Shown piece after piece: positions 1-10,965 of a DNA stretch of 64,000 nucleotides. The notes beneath the pieces are model-generated. The model made no database searches. It worked only from the letters and a program-made list of their open reading frames with translations, and was not told the origin of the DNA. Within the stretch, counting starts at the first letter, position 1, and each line of letters opens with the position of its first letter. A program made the translations under genes and the position numbers. The DNA comes from Candidatus Oxydemutatoraceae bacterium (lineage in GTDB: Bacteria > Pseudomonadota > Gammaproteobacteria > Poriferisulfidales > Oxydemutatoraceae): the NCBI GenBank assembly GCA_965220085.1, contig CBDCOZ010000003.1:1664001-1728000 (forward strand), written 5' to 3'.

Positions 1-1
1 A

Positions 2-415
2 AACCAGATCGACCCGTTCCACCCCTTGCGCATGGCCAAACCGGAGAAACTTGTGCTGGAGAATTTGTTTGCCGAAATCCGCGCCGCGCTCGGTCGCTAT
101 CGCTGTTCGCGGGCGATCCTGACCGGTCACAACGCGTCTTTTGATCTCAAGTTCTTAAACGCCGCCGTCGTGCGCAACGGCATAGCGAACAACCCTTTTC
201 ACCGCTTCAGCAGTTTTGACACGGTGACGCTCGGCGCGCTCGCGTATCGCCAGACCGTGCTGGCCAAAATTGCCGATGCTTCGGGCTTGCGGTGGGACGA
301 ATCCAGCGCACACTCGGCAATCTATGATGCCAAGGTAACCGCCGAGATATTCTGTGCGGTATTTAATCAATACCCCGACGGGCGGCGGGCGCAACCCGAT
401 CAGAAATATACTTGA
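2..415 (+). CDS. rnt: Ribonuclease T (DEDDh), 5' end outside window
   Basis: Motifs GHNASFDLKFLNAA, NPFHRFSSFDT and AHSAIYDA match RNase T; frame is open to the window edge. Confidence 0.9.
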   Translation, partial: NQIDPFHPLRMAKPEKLVLENLFAEIRAALGRYRCSRAILTGHNASFDLKFLNAAVVRNGIANNPFHRFSSFDTVTLGALAYRQTVLAKIADASGLRWDESSAHSAIYDAKVTAEIFCAVFNQYPDGRRAQPDQKYT

Positions 416-429
416 AAGAGGCTGATACC

Positions 430-978
430 ATGAAGGCTTTGTCTCCGTTCGCGCTGTACTGTATGTTGCTGTTTGCTTCGGTCGCGGCATTGGAGTATCT
501 GACCGATGACCGTCCGCCGCCCGCTCAAGACCGCGCCCGGAACACGCAAGAAAGCAGAAACCTGTTGCAGCAAACCACGATGAGCGCTTACGCCGCCGAC
601 GGCAAATTGACCTACCGGTTGCAAAGCCCGGAGTTGTGGCACTTTTCCGATTCCGGCAATATGCGGTTTGCCAAGGTTGAATTTGAATATTACCCGCAGT
701 CCGACCCGGGCCTTCGCGCGTCGGCGGAAAAAGGCACGACCAGCAAAGCCAAAAATGAAATCTATCTGGATGGCCGCGTGACGCTGGAACGCCGGGACGG
801 GCTGACGCTGGACACGCGCGATGTAACCGTTTCTCTGACTAGAAAAGTTGCGCATACCGATCAGCCCGCTACTTTGGCACACGACAACCATACGACGCAG
901 GGAGTCGGGATGTTTGCGGATCTGGATAAGAACGAGATACGCCTGCAATCCCGCACACGAACGCGCTATGAAGACTAA
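430..978 (+). CDS. lptC: LPS export ABC transporter periplasmic protein LptC
   Basis: N-terminal hydrophobic anchor, beta-jellyroll-like sequence ending GVGMFADL..EIRLQS; first gene of the lptCAB order. Confidence 0.8.
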   Translation: MKALSPFALYCMLLFASVAALEYLTDDRPPPAQDRARNTQESRNLLQQTTMSAYAADGKLTYRLQSPELWHFSDSGNMRFAKVEFEYYPQSDPGLRASAEKGTTSKAKNEIYLDGRVTLERRDGLTLDTRDVTVSLTRKVAHTDQPATLAHDNHTTQGVGMFADLDKNEIRLQSRTRTRYED

Positions 979-1444
979 AGCCTCTCTCCGCATCGCCGCC
1001 ATCGGCCTGCTGACAGCGCTGGCCTGTGCGGCCGAGTCGCCGCCAATCAATCTGGAAGCGGATGAAGCGAGTTACAACCACGAAAGCGGCATCAGCATCT
1101 ATCGCGGCAATGTCAAGGTGACCAGCGGCGATATCACTTTGACCGGCGATACCGTCGAAGTGTTCGCCAGCGAGGGCGAGGTGACCAAAGCGATTGCCAG
1201 CGCCAAGCCAAGCCGCTTTGCCCAACGAGACGGAGACAATGTGCTCAAAGCGGAAGCGTTGAAAATTGAGTATCATCTCGTCGATAACATCATCAAACTG
1301 ACCGGCAAGGTGCGCATCATAGACAACGACAAGACCTTCTCCGGAGAACATGTCATCTACAACATCGGCAAGAAAACCTTCGTCGCCAAAAAGCAGAAGA
1401 AACGCATCAAGTTAAATTTGCGGCGCGCTCGCAAAAAAGAATAA
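968..1444 (+). CDS. lptA: LPS transport periplasmic protein LptA
   Basis: Signal peptide, PINLEAD..YRGNVKVT OstA-like motif, position between lptC and lptB. Confidence 0.85.
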   Translation: MKTKASLRIAAIGLLTALACAAESPPINLEADEASYNHESGISIYRGNVKVTSGDITLTGDTVEVFASEGEVTKAIASAKPSRFAQRDGDNVLKAEALKIEYHLVDNIIKLTGKVRIIDNDKTFSGEHVIYNIGKKTFVAKKQKKRIKLNLRRARKKE

Positions 1445-1449
1445 GGCCG

Positions 1450-2178
1450 ATGGGACATTTGCTGAAAGTTACCGATATTCAAAAGAGTTACAAGCGGCGT
1501 CAGGCCGTGAAGTCGCTGTCGCTGGAGCTGTGCGAAGGAGAGGTGGTCGGCATGCTCGGGCCGAACGGGGCCGGCAAAACCACCGCTTTTTATATGATCG
1601 CGGGTTTGATCAAGCCGGATAACGGCACGATCGAAGTAGACGGCACCGACATATCGACCTGGCCCATATCCCGTCGCGCCGAAAGCGGTCTCGGTTACCT
1701 GCCGCAAGAACCTTCTATCTTTAAGAAAGTCAGCGTCGAAGACAATATCAGGATCGCCTTGGAGTCGCTCGGCTATAAGCAGAAAGAAAAACTGGAGAGC
1801 AAGTTGCAAGAAGTGCTGGATGAACTGCGCCTCAACAAAGTGCGCGCGCAACTTGGCAATACCCTGTCCGGCGGCGAACGACGGCGTACCGAGATCGGAA
1901 GATTGCTGGCGATTGAGCCGACTTTTCTGCTGATGGACGAACCGTTCTCAGGCATTGACCCGATTTCTATCAACGAGCTGCAAAAATTAATCCGGCAGTT
2001 CAAGTCGCGCGGCTTTGGCCTTTTGATCAGCGATCACAATGTCCAAGCGACGCTGAAAATCTGCGACCGCGCCTATATCGTCCACCACGGGCAGGTCATC
2101 GCGCAAGGCGCCCCGGAGGAGATTCTGGCCGACAAGACCGTCCGAGAGGTGTATCTGGGAGACCAGTTTGAAATTTAA
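1450..2178 (+). CDS. lptB: LPS export ABC transporter ATP-binding protein LptB
   Basis: GPNGAGKTT, GYLPQEPSIF, LSGGERRRTEI, DEPFSGIDP, DHNV. Confidence 0.95.
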   Translation: MGHLLKVTDIQKSYKRRQAVKSLSLELCEGEVVGMLGPNGAGKTTAFYMIAGLIKPDNGTIEVDGTDISTWPISRRAESGLGYLPQEPSIFKKVSVEDNIRIALESLGYKQKEKLESKLQEVLDELRLNKVRAQLGNTLSGGERRRTEIGRLLAIEPTFLLMDEPFSGIDPISINELQKLIRQFKSRGFGLLISDHNVQATLKICDRAYIVHHGQVIAQGAPEEILADKTVREVYLGDQFEI

Positions 2179-4286
2179 CGCAGTCCGAAGACCTTGAGCA
2201 AAAAAGCATACCGCAACGCGACTTCTTTGAGCGAATCATAACGCCCCGACGCGCCGGCATGCCCCGCCGACATATCGGTCTTCAACAACAACAAATTTGC
2301 ATCCGTTTTTAGGGCGCGCAATTTGGCGACCCACTTGGCCGGTTCCCAATACGTCACCCGCGGGTCGCTCAAACCGGCGGTGACCAACAAGTTCGGATAC
2401 GCCCGCTCGGCAACATTGTCATACGGCGAATACGCGGCGATACGGCGGTAGGCATCAATGTCGCTTAGCGGATTGCCCCACTCCGGCCATTCGGGCGGAG
2501 TGAGCGGCAGGGTTTCATCCGACATCGTCGTCAAGACATCCACGAACGGCACATCGGCGATAGCGGCGGCAAACAACTCCGGTCGCATGTTCAAAACCGC
2601 GCCGATTAGCATACCGCCCGCAGAACCGCCGTGGATGGCCAGCTTCGCGGGCGACGTAAAACCGTTGTCAATCAGATAACGCGCGCAAGCGATGAAATCG
2701 TCAAAAGTATTTTGCTTGTGTCGCAGTTTGCCGGCGGCGTACCAGTGATAGCCTTTCTCCATGCCGCCGCGCACATGCGCAATCGCGAACACAAACCCCC
2801 TTTGCGCCAGCGACAAACGCAGCGGCGAAAAGACCGCGGGCACCGAATGCCCGTACGCGCCGTAAGCGTACAACAGCAAAGGCGAGTCGGGGCCAGGCGG
2901 CGTCGCTTTGGCATACAACACGCTGATCGGCACTTCCTCGCCGTCATCGGCCTTCGCCAGAAAGCGCTTTGCAACATAGTCGTCGGGGTCGTGTCCGCTC
3001 GGCACCCGTTGCTCCTTGCGTAACACCCGCTGCCGGGTCTTCATGTCGTAGTCGTATATTCTTTCCGGCGTCGTCATAGACGAGTAGGAAAAACGCAGTA
3101 TGTCGCCGGCGTAATCGTCATCCTCCTCGACCTCCAACTCATAACATTCCTCGTCAAAGGCGATGACATGTTCATCCCCTCGCAGATCCGTTACGACCAA
3201 CCTCGGCAGGCCGTCCTCCCGTTCGCAACGCACCAGCCAGCGGTCAAATACGACGATGTCCTCCAGCAAAACCCCGCGCGGCGGGAGATAGCAATCCCGC
3301 CATTCGCCGTCGGACAACTCACACGGTGTTTGCATGATTTTGTAGTCATGCGCGCCGTCAATATTGGTGCGCAACAGCAAACGGTCGCGCTGATGTTCGA
3401 CATCGTACTCAACCCCCGCAAGCCGCGGCCGCACGAGCGTTGGCGGCGCAAAAATATTTTGCATATCTATCAAGCGGCATTCGGTCGTATCGTGCGCGTG
3501 AATATTGATGGAGACATATCGGCGCGAGCGGGTTTTATTGAGGTTGATAAAAAAGCCGGAATCGTCTTCGCGATAAACCATGACGTCAGCGTCGGGTTGC
3601 GTACCCAAACGGTGTCGGCATACCTCCTTCGGACGGTGTTCCGAATCCAGCACAATATAAAATATGTGCTTGCTGTCCTCGGCCCAAGCGATCTCGCCTT
3701 GCGCGCGAGGAAGCGGCCGGCTGACCAAGCGCCCGCTCTGCAAATCGCGAACATACAAGGTGTAGAACTCCGAGCCGTCGGTGTCCAAGCAATAAGCGAT
3801 TAGGCGGTGATCGGGGCTGTGCTCCAAATCTCCGATAGAAAAATAATCATGTTTTGCAGACTCAGCGTTGCCGTCAAAGAGTATCTCTTCTTGTTCCTCC
3901 GCCTCGATGCGGTGGCGACAATAGATTGGGTACTGCCCGTCTTTGCGATAACGAATGTAATACGCATAATCCCCGTCCGCAACGGGTACCGATTGGTAAT
4001 CCTCTTCCATGCGCCCTTTGAGTTCGGCAAACAGCCGCCGCTGTAATGCCTCGGTATCTCGCATGGACGCTTCCGTGTAATTGTTTTCGGCTTCGAGATA
4101 TTGCCGTATGGACGGAGCGAGCGCGGCGGGAGAGCGCATCACCTCTTGCCAATTATCGGCGCGCAACCAAGCGTACGCATCATCGCGCGCAACGCCGTGA
4201 CAGCTGACCCGATGCCGCTTTGCGGGCGCGCACGGCGGCTTTTTGCGGGGCGCTGTCACCGGAGGTTTATGCATAGAGCGGGACAA
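2175..4286 (-). CDS. ptrB: Oligopeptidase B / S9A prolyl oligopeptidase family (start may be ATG at 4274)
   Basis: GGSAGG nucleophile, DPRV.YWEPAKWVAKLR, AGH.GASGR, VPFVDV..TM.D..LPLT. Confidence 0.9.
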   Translation of the reverse strand: MSRSMHKPPVTAPRKKPPCAPAKRHRVSCHGVARDDAYAWLRADNWQEVMRSPAALAPSIRQYLEAENNYTEASMRDTEALQRRLFAELKGRMEEDYQSVPVADGDYAYYIRYRKDGQYPIYCRHRIEAEEQEEILFDGNAESAKHDYFSIGDLEHSPDHRLIAYCLDTDGSEFYTLYVRDLQSGRLVSRPLPRAQGEIAWAEDSKHIFYIVLDSEHRPKEVCRHRLGTQPDADVMVYREDDSGFFINLNKTRSRRYVSINIHAHDTTECRLIDMQNIFAPPTLVRPRLAGVEYDVEHQRDRLLLRTNIDGAHDYKIMQTPCELSDGEWRDCYLPPRGVLLEDIVVFDRWLVRCEREDGLPRLVVTDLRGDEHVIAFDEECYELEVEEDDDYAGDILRFSYSSMTTPERIYDYDMKTRQRVLRKEQRVPSGHDPDDYVAKRFLAKADDGEEVPISVLYAKATPPGPDSPLLLYAYGAYGHSVPAVFSPLRLSLAQRGFVFAIAHVRGGMEKGYHWYAAGKLRHKQNTFDDFIACARYLIDNGFTSPAKLAIHGGSAGGMLIGAVLNMRPELFAAAIADVPFVDVLTTMSDETLPLTPPEWPEWGNPLSDIDAYRRIAAYSPYDNVAERAYPNLLVTAGLSDPRVTYWEPAKWVAKLRALKTDANLLLLKTDMSAGHAGASGRYDSLKEVALRYAFLLKVFGLR

Positions 4287-4301
4287 AGGGCGCGAGAACC
4301 G

Positions 4302-4817
4302 TCACGCATCGAGTTGATATTCGCATAGATTCTTGTAATGCGCCCTGTCGGAGCGCAAGGCGGATTCCGTCAACGCAAACGAGGTCATACGCCATTCGAT
4401 TTCCTGCGGCAACTCTTTTAGCGGCAACGGCGGCTTCGCATTCCGAAACAATGTCACATGCGGATAAAAGCGCCCCTTCAAACATATATCGCAAGCCTGC
4501 AAAGCGCGCAACAGGCGTTTGCGCAAAGACAATAACTCCGGCGGAACATCTGTCGGCGCGGCGACGAGCAAGCGTTGCTTTGCAAGCATCTCACAGCGCG
4601 TGAGCCGCAACGAAAAGGGCGCTGCGCGCACGCCGCTTGCGGCGGTGTGAATGCGCTCGACCATCGCGGCTTCGCACGCGCCGAGAAACGCCAGCGTCAA
4701 GTGAAGATTCTCGGGCGCGACGGCTCTGCCGCCGCAATCGATTTGCAACTGAAGATCGCACAATGCCCGCCGCACCGGCAAATCGGGATAACTTGCAAAA
4801 AAGAGTCGCTTTTTCAT
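4302..4817 (-). CDS. thpR: RNA 2',3'-cyclic phosphodiesterase (2H family)
   Basis: Two HxT motifs (LHLTLAFLG, PHVTLFR) and RLFFA N-terminus. Confidence 0.85.
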   Translation of the reverse strand: MKKRLFFASYPDLPVRRALCDLQLQIDCGGRAVAPENLHLTLAFLGACEAAMVERIHTAASGVRAAPFSLRLTRCEMLAKQRLLVAAPTDVPPELLSLRKRLLRALQACDICLKGRFYPHVTLFRNAKPPLPLKELPQEIEWRMTSFALTESALRSDRAHYKNLCEYQLDA

Positions 4818-4841
4818 TTGAGACCGCCGCCGGCAGGTCGC

Positions 4842-5489
4842 TTATGCGCTCAGAGCCCGCACGATGGACTCCCGCACCGCCTCGGCCGTCTGTCCGCCGT
4901 CAATCTCGCGGTAGCGCACTTCGCCTTGGGCCGCAAGATTGCGGTAATAGTCGGTCAATTCGGCGGTCTGTTCGCGATACGCGCGCAACCTCTGGCTGAC
5001 AATGTCCGGGTAGTCATCCTCTCTTTGCGCCAAGTCCTCGCCGGTCTCGTCATCCTTGCCCTCGACTTGCGGCGGGTTATATTCAATGTGGTATATCCGA
5101 CCGGATGGCGCATGGATACGCCGCCCGCACAGACGCCTGATCAGTTCCTCCTCGGCGACGGTGATTTCTATCACGTAATCGATCTTGACCCCGTGTTTGC
5201 GCAGCGCTTCCGCTTGCGCGCGCGTGCGCGGGAAACCGTCAAACAGAAACCCCTTGCCGCAATCGTCCTCTTTGATACGTTCGACGACCAAGGCATTGAC
5301 CAGTTCATCCGGCACGAGCCGCCCGTTGCTCATATACTCTGCCGCCTTGCGGCCGAGCGCGTTGCCGGCGGCGCGCGCGTTGCGCAACATATCGCCGGTT
5401 GAAATTTGCGGCGCCTGATAGCGAGCGCAGACAAACCGGGCCTGCGTGCCTTTGCCGACCCCGGGCGCACCGAGCAAAATAATTCTCAT
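4842..5489 (-). CDS. adk: Adenylate kinase
   Basis: MRIILLGAPGVGKGTQA, ISTGDMLR, DGFPRT, LID region GRRIHAPSGRIYH. Confidence 0.97.
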   Translation of the reverse strand: MRIILLGAPGVGKGTQARFVCARYQAPQISTGDMLRNARAAGNALGRKAAEYMSNGRLVPDELVNALVVERIKEDDCGKGFLFDGFPRTRAQAEALRKHGVKIDYVIEITVAEEELIRRLCGRRIHAPSGRIYHIEYNPPQVEGKDDETGEDLAQREDDYPDIVSQRLRAYREQTAELTDYYRNLAAQGEVRYREIDGGQTAEAVRESIVRALSA

Positions 5490-5572
5490 TTCCAACCCCC
5501 CGCGTAAATAATCATCAGACCCCGACACGGGTCTCATATTGAATGTTCGTAGGAAGAGATTATAATCTGTGA

Positions 5573-6829
5573 ATGCAAAAATATAACGCCTTGTATGCCC
5601 AATCGGGCGGTGTCACCGCTGTCATTAACGCAACCGCCTGCGGCATCATACAAACCGCCCGCAAACACACCGACCGTATCGGCACAGTATATGCCGCGCG
5701 CAATGGCATTCTCGGCGCTATCCGGGAAGAACTCATCGACACCTCGGCGGAAAGCGATAGCGCGATCGCGGCTCTGAGGCACACGCCGGCGGGCGCATTC
5801 GGATCCTGCCGCTACAAACTAAAAGACATGGATGAAAAAAGGAGCGAATACGAAAGGCTCATAGAAGTATTCAAAGCGCACAACATCGGCTGCTTCTTCT
5901 ACAACGGCGGCGGCGACTCGCAAGACACCACAAACAAGATTGCGCGGTTTGCCAAACACTGCGGCTACCCTCTGACCTGTATCGGCATCCCCAAAACGGT
6001 CGATAACGATCTGCCGCTGACCGACTGCTGCCCCGGATTCGGCACCACCGCAAAGTATGTCGCCGTTTCCGCTCGTGAGATCGCTTTGGACCTCGCGTCT
6101 ATGGATGCGACATCCACCAAAGTCTTCGTGCTGGAAGTGATGGGACGACACGCCGGCTGGATCGCCGCGGCAACCGGGCTTGCGCGCGAAGAAAGCGCCG
6201 ATGCGCCGCATCTCATCCTGTTTCCGGAAATTCCGTTTAATCGGGAAAAGATGCTGGCAAAGGTCAAACATTGCGTTGAGCGCAACGGGCATTGCGTCAT
6301 CGTCACATCCGAGGGCATCCGCAACGAAGCGGGGCAGTTTTTGTCCGAGACCGGCGCCACCGATGCATTCGGCCACGCCCAACTCGGCGGCGTAGCGCCG
6401 ATTATCGCGGAGATGACCCGCAACGAATTCGGCTATAAGTATCACTGGGCGGTCGCCGATTACATGCAGCGCTCGGCGCGCCATATCGCTTCGCGCACCG
6501 ATGTCGAACAAGCCTACGCGCTGGGGCAATACGCCATCACGGCCGCGCTGGACGGAAAACATGCCGTGATGGCCGCAATCGTACGCGACTCCGACGCGCC
6601 TTACACGTGGCACATTGACACGGTGCCGCTAGAAGCGGTTGCAAATCAGGAAAAGAAAATACCGCGCGAGTTTATTGACGACGAAGGGTTTTTTATCATG
6701 CCGGCATGCCGTGACTACCTGCTGCCGTTGATAGCAGGCGAAGATTATCCGCCGTATCAAAACGGTCTGCCGAACTATGTCCGGCTGAAAAACACAGCGG
6801 TAAAAAAGAAACTGCCCGCTCCGGACTGA
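5573..6829 (+). CDS. pfp: 6-phosphofructokinase, probably pyrophosphate-dependent
   Basis: QSGGVTAVIN and EVMGRHAGW; GGGDS and PKTVDND carry the Asp/Lys residues typical of PPi-dependent PFKs. Confidence 0.85.
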   Translation: MQKYNALYAQSGGVTAVINATACGIIQTARKHTDRIGTVYAARNGILGAIREELIDTSAESDSAIAALRHTPAGAFGSCRYKLKDMDEKRSEYERLIEVFKAHNIGCFFYNGGGDSQDTTNKIARFAKHCGYPLTCIGIPKTVDNDLPLTDCCPGFGTTAKYVAVSAREIALDLASMDATSTKVFVLEVMGRHAGWIAAATGLAREESADAPHLILFPEIPFNREKMLAKVKHCVERNGHCVIVTSEGIRNEAGQFLSETGATDAFGHAQLGGVAPIIAEMTRNEFGYKYHWAVADYMQRSARHIASRTDVEQAYALGQYAITAALDGKHAVMAAIVRDSDAPYTWHIDTVPLEAVANQEKKIPREFIDDEGFFIMPACRDYLLPLIAGEDYPPYQNGLPNYVRLKNTAVKKKLPAPD

Positions 6830-6999
6830 CTGCGGAAACAAGCGGGACTTGCGGAGACCGCAACCGGCACAGCGATGCCGAAGTCGCTGCCGAACTATGT
6901 CCGGCTGAAAAACACAGCGGTAAAAAAGAAACTGCCCGCTCCGGACTGACTGCGGAAACAAGCGGGACTTGCGGAGACCGCAACCGGCACAGCGATGCC
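6767..6999. repeat. Direct repeat of the pfk 3' end: two 113-bp copies (6767-6879, 6887-6999), period 120
   Basis: Identical text CTGCCGAACTATGTCCGG...AGCGATGCC occurs twice. Confidence 0.95.
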
Positions 7000-7036
7000 T
7001 TCGGAATATTGCGCCGCTTGAAGTCGGGACAAAACC

Positions 7037-7675
7037 CTACTTGTAAATCATCTCAACGCGGCGATTGCGGCTATATATCTCTTCGCCATCGCCGTCCACC
7101 GCCGGACGCTCTTCGCCATAACTGACCACATTGATACGCGCGCTCTCTGCGCCATTCGCCTGCAGGATGGCTTTGACAGCCAATGCGCGACGCTCCCCCA
7201 AAGCGAGGTTATACCCCGCGGTGCCGCGCTTATCGGCATGCCCTTCCAACACCAATTTCACTTCGGGATGCTCTTGCATAAACACGGCGTGCATGGCAAG
7301 CACTTCGTGCAACTCGGAATTGACATGCGCCGAGTTGAAATCAAAGTAGATAACGCTGTAGCCCAAATTAGGATTCTTTTTGACCGCCTCGCGATACGCC
7401 GGACTGTCGCCGCCCGGATCCTCGCCGTATAACTTCTCCGCGCTGCTGACGAGCGTAGACGGGTACGTGTGCACCGCAACGATTGTCTCCGGCTCTTCCG
7501 GTTCTTCCGGCGCCTCTTCCGGTATCTCTTCCGGCATGACTTCGGGCATGGTTTCTGTCGGTTCTTCCATTCCCACTTCTGCGGGGGAAAACTCAACATT
7601 CGGCGAGCCGGCACAACCAGCCAATAGAACACCGCACACTAGGATAAAAAGCGAATGGAAAAATAGAGTTTTCAT
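7037..7675 (-). CDS. pal: Pal/OmpA-family peptidoglycan-associated lipoprotein with Glu/Pro-rich linker
   Basis: Lipobox LAGC; IYFDFNS, EGHADKRGT..YNLALGERRA, VSYGEERP, NRRV. Confidence 0.85.
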   Translation of the reverse strand: MKTLFFHSLFILVCGVLLAGCAGSPNVEFSPAEVGMEEPTETMPEVMPEEIPEEAPEEPEEPETIVAVHTYPSTLVSSAEKLYGEDPGGDSPAYREAVKKNPNLGYSVIYFDFNSAHVNSELHEVLAMHAVFMQEHPEVKLVLEGHADKRGTAGYNLALGERRALAVKAILQANGAESARINVVSYGEERPAVDGDGEEIYSRNRRVEMIYK

Positions 7676-7788
7676 CGGGCGTAGCCTCCGCAAGAATTAA
7701 AATCAGCGCTAATAGTACAGCAACAAGGTTTATGAAGCAATAACGCCATTCTCAAAAACTATGCGCAGCAGTCAAACGGCGCACGGGC

Positions 7789-9117
7789 TTACATGTTTTC
7801 CACAATCGCATCGCCAAAGCCCGAGGTGGTTACCAGCTTGGCCCCCGGCATCAAACGTTGCAACTCGGTATCCAAATCTTTGCGGCTGCCGACATGGCGC
7901 CAGCCCGCGGATATGCCCCCGCGCACGCGCGCCAGATCATAGGTCACGGTTCTGGCGGCGATAGCGGCGGCGACACCTTTGAGAATCAAATCCGCGGCCT
8001 CGTCCCACCCCATGTGCCTGAGCATCATCTCCGCCGAGAGGATAATGGAGCCCGGATTGACGCGATTCTTATCGGCATACTTGGGAGCGCTGCCGTGCGT
8101 CGCTTCAAACACCGCGATCGTATCCGACATATTGGCGCCCGGCGCGATTCCGATCCCTCCGACCTGCGCGGCGAGGGCGTCGGAAATATAATCGCCATTC
8201 AAGTTTAGAGTCGCGATGACATCGTACTCATCGGGTTTCAGCAATATCTGCTGGAGAAAGTTATCGGCAATAATGTCCTTGATCACAATTTCGCAACCCG
8301 TCAGCGGATTAATAATCTGGCACCACGGCCCGCCGTCTATCGGTTGCGCGCCGAACTCATCGGTAACCACCTCATAGCCCCAGTTGCGAAAAGCCCCTTC
8401 GGTATATTTCATGATATTGCCCTTGTGCACCAGCGATACCGATGTGCGATTATTATCGATCGCATATTGCACCGCCTTGCGCACCAAGCGTTGCGAGCCT
8501 TCCTGCGACACCGGTTTGATACCGACGCCGCAAGATTGCGGAAAGCGGATTTCGGTCACCCCCATCTCCTCAATCAAAAAAGAGAGAACCTTCTTCGCCT
8601 CAGCGGAATCGGCGGGCCACTCGACCCCGGCATAGATGTCTTCGGTATTCTCGCGGAATACGATCATGTCGGTCGTCTCCGAGTCTTTTAACGGCGTCGG
8701 CGTGCCGGGGAAGTAGCGAATCGGTCTGACGCAGGCATACAGGTCCAACTCTTGACGAATAGCCACATTGAGCGAGCGCATCCCTTCGCCGACCGGCGTC
8801 GTCAAAGGGCCTTTGATGGCGACCGCATACTCCTTGATTAAGTCAAAGGTTTCTTGCGGCAACCAGTGTCCGTCGCCGTAGACCGCCACCGCTTTCTCGC
8901 CGGCGTAGATCTCCAACCATTCGATGGCGCGCTCGCCCGCATAGGCTTTCTTGACCGCCGTATCCACGACCAAGCGCATGACCGGCGTCACATCGGAACC
9001 GATGCCATCGCCTTCGATAAAAGGAATGATCGGACAGTCGGGGACTTCCAACCTGCCGTCGCCAAACGCCTTAATCGGATAACCTTGCGCCGGTCTGTTG
9101 ACCTTTTGCCGAACCAT
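7789..9117 (-). CDS. icd: NADP-dependent isocitrate dehydrogenase (E. coli type)
   Basis: [54 protein letters not shown]. Confidence 0.97.
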   Translation of the reverse strand: MVRQKVNRPAQGYPIKAFGDGRLEVPDCPIIPFIEGDGIGSDVTPVMRLVVDTAVKKAYAGERAIEWLEIYAGEKAVAVYGDGHWLPQETFDLIKEYAVAIKGPLTTPVGEGMRSLNVAIRQELDLYACVRPIRYFPGTPTPLKDSETTDMIVFRENTEDIYAGVEWPADSAEAKKVLSFLIEEMGVTEIRFPQSCGVGIKPVSQEGSQRLVRKAVQYAIDNNRTSVSLVHKGNIMKYTEGAFRNWGYEVVTDEFGAQPIDGGPWCQIINPLTGCEIVIKDIIADNFLQQILLKPDEYDVIATLNLNGDYISDALAAQVGGIGIAPGANMSDTIAVFEATHGSAPKYADKNRVNPGSIILSAEMMLRHMGWDEAADLILKGVAAAIAARTVTYDLARVRGGISAGWRHVGSRKDLDTELQRLMPGAKLVTTSGFGDAIVENM

Positions 9118-9162
9118 CGGTATCTCGCAGTGTCGTAAGCAAGGTAGCGCTGCGACTACAAC

Positions 9163-10455
9163 TTAGAACTGATCCTCTTCTGTCGAGCCGGATAGCGCGG
9201 TGACAGACGACGCGCCGCCTTGCACGACGGTTGTCACATCGTCAAAGTAGCCGGTGCCGACCTCCGCCTGATGGCTTGAGAAGGTGTAGCCCTTTTCCAA
9301 AGCGGCAAATTCCTTTTCTTGCACCATCTCGACATAGGCTTTCATGCCGTGCTCGACGTAGCCTGCGGACAGGTCAAACATGTGATACCACATATTATGG
9401 ATACCGGCCAAGGTGATGAACTGATACTTATAGCCCATCGCCCCCAACTCGCGCTGGAACTTCCCGATAGTCGCATCGTCCAGATTGCGCTTCCAGTTAA
9501 ACGACGGCGAGCAGTTATATGCGAGCATCTGATCCGGAAACTCCTTGCGGATGGCATCGGCAAACCGCTTCGCCTCATCCAAATCCGGCACAGCGGTTTC
9601 ACACCAGAGCAAGTCCGCATACGGAGCGTAAGACAAACCGCGCGATATCGCCTGATCCAAACCGGCCTTGGTACGGTAGAAACCTTCCGCCGTACGCTCC
9701 CCGGTGACAAACTCTTGGTCTCTGGGGTCGACATCGGAAGTCAGCAAATCCGCCGCATTCGCATCGGTGCGCGCGAGCAACAATGTCGGCACACGACAGA
9801 CATCGGCGGCGAGACGCGCCGCAACCAACTTCTGCACGGCCTCGCCGGTCGGCACCAATACCTTGCCGCCCATGTGGCCGCATTTCTTAACCGACGCCAA
9901 CTGATCTTCAAAATGAACCCCGCCGGCGCCCGCATCTATCATCGCTTTCATCAACTCAAAAGCATTCAGCACCCCGCCAAAGCCCGCTTCGGCATCCGCG
10001 ACGATGGGCGCAAAAAAGTCTTTGCCAGACTCGCCTTTTGCCCAAGCGATCTGGTCGGCGCGGGCAAACGAGTTATTGATCCGCCTCACGACCGCCGGCA
10101 CCGAGTCAGCCGGATACAAGGACTGATCGGGATACATGGATTCGGCAAGGTTCGCATCGGCCGCGACCTGCCAACCCGACAGATAAATCGCCTTCACCCC
10201 GGCCTTTACCTGTTGCAATGCCTGACCGCCGGTCAACGCGCCCAGACAGTTAACGTAAGGCTCGTCGTGTAACAAGCGCCACAATTTCTCGGCGCCGTTT
10301 TTGGCATAAGTAAATTCGGGTTGCACAGACCCGCTTAGCCTGACGACATCTTCGGCCGTATATTCGCGCCTGACACCCTTCCAACGAGGGTTTTCCGCCC
10401 AATCTTTTTCAATAGCGGCAACTAATTGTTTTCTATCCACAGTGACATACTCCAA
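9163..10455 (-). CDS. aceA: Isocitrate lyase
   Basis: KKCGHMGGK signature, [21 protein letters not shown]-terminal GSTEEDQF. Confidence 0.97.
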   Translation of the reverse strand: MEYVTVDRKQLVAAIEKDWAENPRWKGVRREYTAEDVVRLSGSVQPEFTYAKNGAEKLWRLLHDEPYVNCLGALTGGQALQQVKAGVKAIYLSGWQVAADANLAESMYPDQSLYPADSVPAVVRRINNSFARADQIAWAKGESGKDFFAPIVADAEAGFGGVLNAFELMKAMIDAGAGGVHFEDQLASVKKCGHMGGKVLVPTGEAVQKLVAARLAADVCRVPTLLLARTDANAADLLTSDVDPRDQEFVTGERTAEGFYRTKAGLDQAISRGLSYAPYADLLWCETAVPDLDEAKRFADAIRKEFPDQMLAYNCSPSFNWKRNLDDATIGKFQRELGAMGYKYQFITLAGIHNMWYHMFDLSAGYVEHGMKAYVEMVQEKEFAALEKGYTFSSHQAEVGTGYFDDVTTVVQGGASSVTALSGSTEEDQF

Positions 10456-10965
10456 GGAAAATTAGAAATACTTTATTAACTGCGGCCTCTGGCAAACCGA
10501 TGAGGCCGACTTGCCGCATATTCTAGCAAACATACCGATATTTGTCGCCTGCCAAAATCCGACCGGAATGATATGCCCGACTCCGCCCGCGCAGCAACGG
10601 AAAAGCGCAAACCCTCTGACGACCCCGTTGCGCCGATACATCCCCGACCGCCTGTTTCCCGGCGTCGCCCCCCGTGATGCCGCCGGATTCATGCCCGTCA
10701 GACGGCTTGCCGCCAAGTTTCATCGATCGCAACAAAGCGACCGACACAGAACCGTCATGACCGCATGCTTCGCGGATGCGGCGCGACACAAACCGCGCCG
10801 ATCTGTGTGACACCCCGCCAAATTGCAAACCGGATATTCCCGGCGGTCACGACTCAACACATCGCCGCTATGGCCGGTTCCGTAATCACATCTTTCCATG
10901 ACCGTGCCGGTGCGCTTGCGGGCGGGCGCGAGAGGAGCATGTGGCGCAAGTCCCGGCGGCTCGCG

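Noticed and set aside
10456-10960. ncRNA or riboswitch upstream of aceA
   Set aside because: GC-rich with hairpin potential, but no family motif I can recognise; needs an Infernal/Rfam search
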